DNA from: Bacteroidales bacterium
Lineage (GTDB): Bacteria > Bacteroidota > Bacteroidia > Bacteroidales > UBA4181
Reading direction: 5' to 3'
NCBI GenBank assembly: GCA_028700615.1
Contig: JAQVSH010000002.1
Location: 1-33,019, forward strand
Length of the DNA: 33,019 nucleotides
Position 1 is the stretch's first letter. Every line of letters starts with the position of its first letter. A program made the position numbers and the translations under genes. Below are positions 27,176 through 33,019 of the stretch, piece by piece. The notes under the pieces were generated by a model, which was given only the letters and a program-made list of their open reading frames with translations, did not search any database and was not told where the DNA came from.

Positions 27176-30100
27176 TTATTTTTGATGCTTAAGTTGATTG
27201 ATATATTCAGAGGGTGTTATCTTATATTCTTCTTTGAAATGCTTGGTAAATATCTTTGGAGAATTATACCCTAACATATAGGCAATCTCAGAAATAGACA
27301 TCTGACTTTCCTGAAGTAATTGTTGCGCCCTCTTAATTCGCATAATACGAATAAACTCAATGGGAGTTTTACCGGTAATTTTTGTCAATTTCTTATAGAG
27401 ATAGCCTCTTGAGATACTCAGATTTTCAGCCAATTCGTCCACCGAGAAATTCACATTGCCAAAATTTTCTTCTACAATACGGATAGCCTTTTCGATAAAT
27501 AGAGTATCAAGAGAGGTAATAGTAATTTTATTAGGCTCAATATTCACTTGTTGATCAAATAATCTTTGTCTTTCTATATTGTTTTTAATCAACCTATTGA
27601 TACGTAATTTCAAAATTTCCATATTGAATGGCTTGACAATATATTCATCTGCACCGGTGTTAAGACCTTCCATCTGGTACTCTTCGCTGGCTTTTGCAGT
27701 AAGTAAGATGACAGGAATGTGAGAATACAGAATATTGCTTTTAATCACATTGCATAGCTCTAAGCCATCCATCTTTGGCATCATCACATCGCTAATTACA
27801 ATATCAACATTTTCGGCATTTAAGATCTCCAATGCTTCCAAGCCATTCATTGCCTTCAGTACTTTGTAATGAGTGGACAAACTTGCACTTAGAAAATCAA
27901 TGAAATCCTGATTATCATCAACGATCAGTATGACGTAATGATGGTTGTATTGATCATGATCGTTTTCGGTTTGAATATCGTGCTCCTCTTCATGAGTAAG
28001 TTTTGTCAGACAAGATATTGCTGCATTAAGAGGCAAAATGACTGTAAAAATACTCCCACGCGGATGATTGCTCTCGACTTTGATTTCACCTTTATGCAGT
28101 TTCACATATTCAGAAACAAGATAAAGCCCTATACCGGTACCTTCCTTACTGAAATCCTTCAAGTCGGGACGATAAAAACATTGGAATATTTTTTCTTGCT
28201 GATCCGGGGCTATGCCACTTCCTGTGTCACTAAACTGCAATATCACATGGTCCTCGCTTTTATCAATACTCACTGTGATAGAACCGCCGTCATTGGTATA
28301 TTTAAAGGCATTTGAAAGAATATTAGTCGTTATCTTGCGCACTTTGTCATAATCAAAATCCATAAATATCTCACTATTACAGATAAATTGATAGTCTATA
28401 TTCTTCTTTTTGGCCATATTTTCAAAAGCAAGAAATTGGTCTTTAACAATGCTTGCAATATCGCCGTGCATATAATTGATCACTTCGCCTTTTGCATCCA
28501 ATTTTCGAAAATCCAAAAGCTGATTAATCAGTTCGAGTAAATACTTGGCATTATGAAGGACTATATGAATCAGAGAATTTTTATCTTGTGGATATTTAGA
28601 TACAAATTCTTCAAGCGGATTGATAATCAGAGATAATGGCGTCCTGAATTCATGACTCACATTGGCAAAAAACTGCATTTTCATGTCAGTCAACTTCTTT
28701 TGACGCTCGTTTTCTTGTTCTATTTCCCTGATTTGCGCAGCTCGTCTACGTCTCAACCTGAAATACGAAATCATATTCCAAATTAATAACACTACCAATG
28801 CGATATAAATACCATAGGCAAGATTGGTTTTATACCATGGTGGCAAAATGGCGATGGCTAAATATTTTGTATGCGTTGACCAAACCCCTTCTGCATTGCG
28901 CGCTTTAATCTGAAGCATGTAATCTCCGGCCGAAAGAGTCGATAAGTCGACCTGATAGTTTGACATATCCACCCAATCCGAATTCAAACCCTCAATACGA
29001 TAAGCATATTTAATCTTATCCGATTCTACAAAATCTAATGTCGAAAATAGCAACTGAACAAATGATCTGCCTTCATTTAAAGTCAGTTGCGTAGCATACT
29101 CCGGCGATTTATTATCAGTAATATCAGAGATCGACAAATCATTAAATGGAGATAATATATTGGTCAATGAAATTTTGGCATCATATTCTTTTTTTATGAT
29201 TTCCTGAGGGACAATGACCATAAATCCGTTTGGGGTCCCAACCAGAATATTACCATTACGGCGTTTATACATTGCCCTGTCATTAATATCATTGGATATC
29301 AGCCCGTCATCTTTTGTATAACTTACGACAGAAAATGGACTTTGAGATAAATTAATGCGTGCTATTCCATTCACCGTGCCGACCCACATTTGTCCGTTAT
29401 TATCCTCAATGACTGCTTTGACAAAATCAGACGGCAAACCGTCATTATGATTTATATTGACAATTTTGCCTGTTTGAGGGTTCCAATAAGTTAATCCATG
29501 ATTATATCCTATCCAGAGTAAATTGCGGCTATCTTTATACAATGTGTAGATATTGATCTGCCCTAAAGCCCTTGTACTGTCCTGGTGTTCATAAAAAAAA
29601 TCGCATTCATTGGTCTCTGTATTCACTTCAATCAGCCCTGAAGAAGAGGCTATAAAAAGTTGATGATTTCCGACATACAGCAATTCTTTAATACTCAGAT
29701 AACCATTTGTTCTATAAATAGTTTCAAACTCTTTCTTTTCAGGATTGAGTTTTTGGATTCTTCCATTCAAGGTACCAAGCCAGATATACCCATGATCATC
29801 TTCTTGTATGCCATAGACATTACCGGCCAAATCGCTATTATCGGCAGTATATTGAGTGATCTTCCCTTTATCATAACAAAACAGCCCGTTTTGATAGCAT
29901 CCCAACCACATTCTGCCTTTACTGTCCACCTTGAGAACATCTATCACATTCGCCGGAATCGGGACGATAGTCTCTTTATTATCTTTTAATGAAAAACGTA
30001 TAAGGCCGCCGCCATCAGTGCCATGCCACAAAGCTTCGTCATCTTCGTAAAAATTAAAAATATCGGTATAATCATATGGCTTATAAGACAAGATGGCCTG

Positions 30101-31135
30101 CTTTTGTGGGGTATAATATGAAATTCCGTTTTTAAAATTCCCAATCCAGACAATGCCGTCGCTGTCAATATGGAGTGCGCTTAGATTATTACTCGCTATG
30201 GTGTGAGATTTTTGAGGATTATGCGTTAACTCAACAAAATATTTAAATTCAGGATTATAAATAAAAGCGCCTAAATGGCTTGTTATCAACCATATATTTC
30301 CAAAAGGATCTTCTGCTATACTCTTCACTCTATTGAATGGCTCATCGTGTTCAGGAAGTATAATTTCCTTCCATTCATCCACCATGCTTTTTTTATAGAG
30401 GACCAAACTATTAAAAAAAGTATGAAGCCATATTCCATTATTTTTATCAACATAAACCTCAGGAGCGAAATTCCTCATCCTGGCTTTGTATGTTTCTGGT
30501 ATCTCGATTTTGTTGGTTTGTGAAGTAGCTATAGAAATAGTGTACAAATCACCTTGTCCGTTAATGGTATAAATATTTTCATTGGTCACATATATTCCGG
30601 ACGGATATGAATCCATCAAAGTATACCCCTTGGTAACCTTGTTTGCATAATGGTAAAGATACATCCGGGCATTTTCATAACACCAAAAATATTCTCTATC
30701 CCTATCGATTCCGATTTTTGACGGATTACATGAAATGCTATAACCTTGAAGCCTGGCTTGTATACTAGTGTCAAATTCTCCGGTTTTATAATCATAAATC
30801 GAAAATCCACCTTCTGATTGTACCCAAATATCTCCTTCGTTATCTTCGAAGATATTTTCTACCCGGTTACTCGGAAGTTCCGAGTTATAATCGTAATACT
30901 GTTGTATGTGATATGAGTCATAACGATTTAATCCATAGTCAGTCCCCCCCCATAAAAAACCACGGCTATCCCTGCAGATGGAAAGAATACGGTTACTCGA
31001 CAATCCTTCAGAAACATTTCTGAACATAAAAATATCCCGCTTTGTATCGAGTTGAGCATGTACTGTCAACGAATAAAGCAGGCATATTATTAGCACAAAT
31101 GACGAGTTAAATTTCAAAATCATCCTTTGTTTCAT
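27176..31135 (-). CDS. Hybrid two-component system protein (beta-propeller/Y_Y_Y sensor + HisKA + HATPase + REC + AraC HTH)
   Basis: Signal/anchor, then repeated two-component-regulator propeller motifs (D..G.IW.GT..GL). A TM segment follows, then the H-box FFANVSHEFRTPLSLI and the HATPase G-boxes (DTGSGI, GTGIGL). The REC domain carries DVMMPKMDG and the C-terminus is an AraC-type HTH. The start is set at the ATG at 31135 (MKQRMILKF...). Confidence 0.9.
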   Translation of the reverse strand: MKQRMILKFNSSFVLIICLLYSLTVHAQLDTKRDIFMFRNVSEGLSSNRILSICRDSRGFLWGGTDYGLNRYDSYHIQQYYDYNSELPSNRVENIFEDNEGDIWVQSEGGFSIYDYKTGEFDTSIQARLQGYSISCNPSKIGIDRDREYFWCYENARMYLYHYANKVTKGYTLMDSYPSGIYVTNENIYTINGQGDLYTISIATSQTNKIEIPETYKARMRNFAPEVYVDKNNGIWLHTFFNSLVLYKKSMVDEWKEIILPEHDEPFNRVKSIAEDPFGNIWLITSHLGAFIYNPEFKYFVELTHNPQKSHTIASNNLSALHIDSDGIVWIGNFKNGISYYTPQKQAILSYKPYDYTDIFNFYEDDEALWHGTDGGGLIRFSLKDNKETIVPIPANVIDVLKVDSKGRMWLGCYQNGLFCYDKGKITQYTADNSDLAGNVYGIQEDDHGYIWLGTLNGRIQKLNPEKKEFETIYRTNGYLSIKELLYVGNHQLFIASSSGLIEVNTETNECDFFYEHQDSTRALGQINIYTLYKDSRNLLWIGYNHGLTYWNPQTGKIVNINHNDGLPSDFVKAVIEDNNGQMWVGTVNGIARINLSQSPFSVVSYTKDDGLISNDINDRAMYKRRNGNILVGTPNGFMVIVPQEIIKKEYDAKISLTNILSPFNDLSISDITDNKSPEYATQLTLNEGRSFVQLLFSTLDFVESDKIKYAYRIEGLNSDWVDMSNYQVDLSTLSAGDYMLQIKARNAEGVWSTHTKYLAIAILPPWYKTNLAYGIYIALVVLLIWNMISYFRLRRRRAAQIREIEQENERQKKLTDMKMQFFANVSHEFRTPLSLIINPLEEFVSKYPQDKNSLIHIVLHNAKYLLELINQLLDFRKLDAKGEVINYMHGDIASIVKDQFLAFENMAKKKNIDYQFICNSEIFMDFDYDKVRKITTNILSNAFKYTNDGGSITVSIDKSEDHVILQFSDTGSGIAPDQQEKIFQCFYRPDLKDFSKEGTGIGLYLVSEYVKLHKGEIKVESNHPRGSIFTVILPLNAAISCLTKLTHEEEHDIQTENDHDQYNHHYVILIVDDNQDFIDFLSASLSTHYKVLKAMNGLEALEILNAENVDIVISDVMMPKMDGLELCNVIKSNILYSHIPVILLTAKASEEYQMEGLNTGADEYIVKPFNMEILKLRINRLIKNNIERQRLFDQQVNIEPNKITITSLDTLFIEKAIRIVEENFGNVNFSVDELAENLSISRGYLYKKLTKITGKTPIEFIRIMRIKRAQQLLQESQMSISEIAYMLGYNSPKIFTKHFKEEYKITPSEYINQLKHQK
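30944..30951 (-). repeat. Homopolymeric G8 tract (C8 on the plus strand) inside the 5' part of the HTCS gene
   Basis: The minus strand reads TTA TGG GGG GGG ACT (L W G G T), codons 62-64 counted from the 31135 start. Confidence 0.9.
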
Positions 31136-31140
31136 AATAA

Positions 31141-31220
31141 AAACCTCAGAGCATACAATAGGGCGCATCATGCCTCACATTTTCATGATCGCGGGTGGAT
31201 TTTTGTACACTCTGAGGTTT
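31141..31220 (-). promoter_or_regulatory. Nested inverted repeats in the GH27-GH26 / HTCS intergenic spacer
   Basis: A perfect 11-bp inverted repeat, AAACCTCAGAG (31141-31151) with CTCTGAGGTTT (31210-31220), encloses an inner repeat ATCATG (31167-31172) with CATGAT (31184-31189). The outer arm ends 5 nt from the HTCS ATG. Confidence 0.4.
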
Positions 31221-31250
31221 CATAATACTCATAGTGAGGTTAGTTTAAAG

Positions 31251-33019
31251 TTATTTCGTCAGAACTCCGCCCATCGTATAGATTGCATGCAAAGCTTCCT
31301 GACTGTTTAAACGCGGCGAAGTGAAACCCGTCCAGATCATAAACCATGCATATTTGTTCTGTACGGACAAAGTTTCAGGCGTAGGCACCTGACCTATTTC
31401 GCCTAACGCAATCAATTTGCCTTTGCCCAATTGAACCAGTTGGTCATGATGGCTTTGCTTCCAGTCGTTGTTATAAATATCTGTAGCCAGTACATCTACA
31501 TATTCGTTTCCGGGATAAAAAAGATCATAAGCTCTGGCGGAATCTCCCGGTATGTTGCGTGGTCCGTTGGCGTTCCACACCCAGATGAGGTTATCGAGGT
31601 GGTGATAGTTCACATAGCGGTCGTACATCATGCGATATAGCTTGATAAATCCGTTCTCTCCGGTGCGCCATCCCCACCAGAACCATTCTCCGTTCATCTC
31701 ATGATAAGGTCTCCACAACACCGGAATTTTCTTCTCTTTGAGTTGTTTGAGATAACCCGCCACCTCATCTATTTTAGCCAGCCAGGCGTTGTGTATGGGG
31801 GTTCCGGGGGTCATCAACTGTTCCCACTCGGCATCTGTCAGTTCGCCCTGACATTGTTTTCGGAAGTCTGTCCTGCCCTGATCCATGGGCCGTTGCGAAT
31901 GCCACATCAGGGTGACGAGTCGTCCGTGCTTCCATGCATCGACAGACAGGTCAATTACCTGCTGACAGTCCCATCCCATATCTCCGCCGAACATCAGCGG
32001 CGTTTTGCCGGATGCTTCCCTGATACGGTTGATATCGGCCATATACCTGTCGGGGTTCAAATCGTTGTGGTGTTGTGCAGAAATAATCTTCCCTTCCTTC
32101 ACATTCTGATAGAGTTTAGCCAGCAATGCTTTGGCTTGGGGCGTGGCATTCGGATTAACAGGGGCAAAGGTTGTGTACACAGGGGTCTTTAGCCGATACA
32201 CCACCACATCCTGTGCCGGAATGCTTACTTTGCGGGGATTGGCCGTAGTTCCGTCGTCCATATGTGTCCACAGATTTCGTACCTGATAAGTCAATTTGTC
32301 AAAATCGGTAGCACGTTTCGATACTTCGTCATCGGTGAAATTATACTTTTGCCAGTCGAGAGCGAACTCTTTCGGTGTTTTGGTCCTATTAAAGAGACAC
32401 ATACCCCAATCGCCACCCGTAAGCGGTTTGAACCATACTTCCACTCCGTCTTCAACAGCATAGCGCAGTCCCTGCACTCCCAACCCGTCCTGATTGAGGG
32501 CAATCACTTCGCGATTGGTCAGTATCGCTTTGGTCTCCGGTGTCATATCGCGGAGGTCGTTACCCAGGATAAGCGGCGCAGCCAGCATACACCACAGAGA
32601 AAAGTGTGCACGGTCCTGGTTGACAGTCAGACCATTACCAACTTCCAGCATATCGGGATCATTCCAATGTCCCGGACCTGCATACTTACGCAGGCCTTGT
32701 TGCATGTCGAGTATAGCAAGCACGCTATGCGCGTAGTAGGGTTTCTTTTTTTCATCATCGAATACACAGGCTATGTCGCCCGTCGTACGCCACGAGTGTC
32801 CCACTTCAGAAGCCCAGAGCCATGGCTTGCTGGAACCCCACTCGCACATACTGAAATAGATGGGTCGTCCGGCAGCACGCAACGCATCGCGCATAAGACC
32901 GTATGCTCCCACAGGATTAATGTCTTCGCTGCTACACCAATCGTACTTCAGGTAATCCTCTCCCCATTTGGCATACTGTAAGGCGTCCTGGTATTCATGT
33001 CCGAAACTTCCCGGGCGTC
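31251..33019 (-). CDS. Bifunctional-looking glycoside hydrolase: GH27 alpha-galactosidase domain fused to a C-terminal GH26 beta-mannanase domain; N-terminus outside the window
   Basis: The frame is open upstream of the GTG at 32912 to the window edge (RPGSFGHEYQDALQYAKWGEDYLKYDWCSSEDINPV...). GH27 motifs are YLKYDWC (nucleophile Asp), WRTTGDI (acid/base Asp) and GHWNDPDMLEVGN. From about nt 32183 downward the GH26 motifs appear: WRPYHEMNGEWFWWG (acid/base Glu) and IALGEIG (nucleophile Glu). Confidence 0.85.
   Translation of the reverse strand, partial: RPGSFGHEYQDALQYAKWGEDYLKYDWCSSEDINPVGAYGLMRDALRAAGRPIYFSMCEWGSSKPWLWASEVGHSWRTTGDIACVFDDEKKKPYYAHSVLAILDMQQGLRKYAGPGHWNDPDMLEVGNGLTVNQDRAHFSLWCMLAAPLILGNDLRDMTPETKAILTNREVIALNQDGLGVQGLRYAVEDGVEVWFKPLTGGDWGMCLFNRTKTPKEFALDWQKYNFTDDEVSKRATDFDKLTYQVRNLWTHMDDGTTANPRKVSIPAQDVVVYRLKTPVYTTFAPVNPNATPQAKALLAKLYQNVKEGKIISAQHHNDLNPDRYMADINRIREASGKTPLMFGGDMGWDCQQVIDLSVDAWKHGRLVTLMWHSQRPMDQGRTDFRKQCQGELTDAEWEQLMTPGTPIHNAWLAKIDEVAGYLKQLKEKKIPVLWRPYHEMNGEWFWWGWRTGENGFIKLYRMMYDRYVNYHHLDNLIWVWNANGPRNIPGDSARAYDLFYPGNEYVDVLATDIYNNDWKQSHHDQLVQLGKGKLIALGEIGQVPTPETLSVQNKYAWFMIWTGFTSPRLNSQEALHAIYTMGGVLTK

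Noticed and set aside
1-33019. Search for tRNA/rRNA genes, CRISPR repeats, IS elements, integrases, toxin-antitoxin or known defence genes
   Set aside because: No periodic direct repeats, cloverleaf-compatible segments in the few intergenic regions longer than 200 nt, or matching protein motifs were seen. The longest non-coding gaps (6866-7105, 11335-11589, 25660-26042) look like AT-rich promoter or terminator regions.

Overview
This 33-kb window reads as core genome from a Bacteroidota (Bacteroidia-type) chromosome. The indicators are Bacteroides-style TAnnTTTG -7 boxes, genes without obvious Shine-Dalgarno sites, a hybrid two-component system (HTCS), and a Na+-pumping methylmalonyl-CoA decarboxylase gene set. 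I call 27 protein-coding genes plus one tentative 35-codon ORF; the genes at both window edges are truncated. Left to right: decarboxylase beta subunit (partial, missing from the ORF track), dnaX, rpsF-rpsR-rplI, mnmD-like tRNA methyltransferase, an EF-G paralog, a sigma-54-dependent response regulator, mmdC / OadG-like / mmdA / methylmalonyl-CoA epimerase, a Tat-exported Gfo/Idh/MocA lipoprotein, a tightly packed minus-strand block recQ-DUF5063-3'-5' exonuclease-xseB-miaB, M14 peptidase + SpmA/SpmB-like membrane protein, tex, tadA, pgeF, then a glycan-related end (GH9, acyltransferase_3, HTCS, partial GH27-GH26 fusion). I saw no rRNA, tRNA, CRISPR array, transposase/integrase, phage gene or recognisable defence/toxin gene. 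I did not find a clear, self-contained novel multi-gene system. The best leads are: (1) an A10 slippery tract in dnaX at the gamma/tau boundary, with stops in both alternative frames and a downstream hairpin; (2) the recQ-DUF5063-WRN-like exonuclease-xseB cluster, a possible split Werner-type helicase/nuclease module; (3) an EF-G paralog lacking the catalytic histidine, next to a sigma-54 activator that has no DNA-binding domain; (4) a GH27 alpha-galactosidase/GH26 mannanase fusion that is G+C-rich and abuts an A+T-rich HTCS carrying a G8 tract; (5) a split mmd operon. All family assignments come from motif recognition by eye. No database search or folding calculation was possible.
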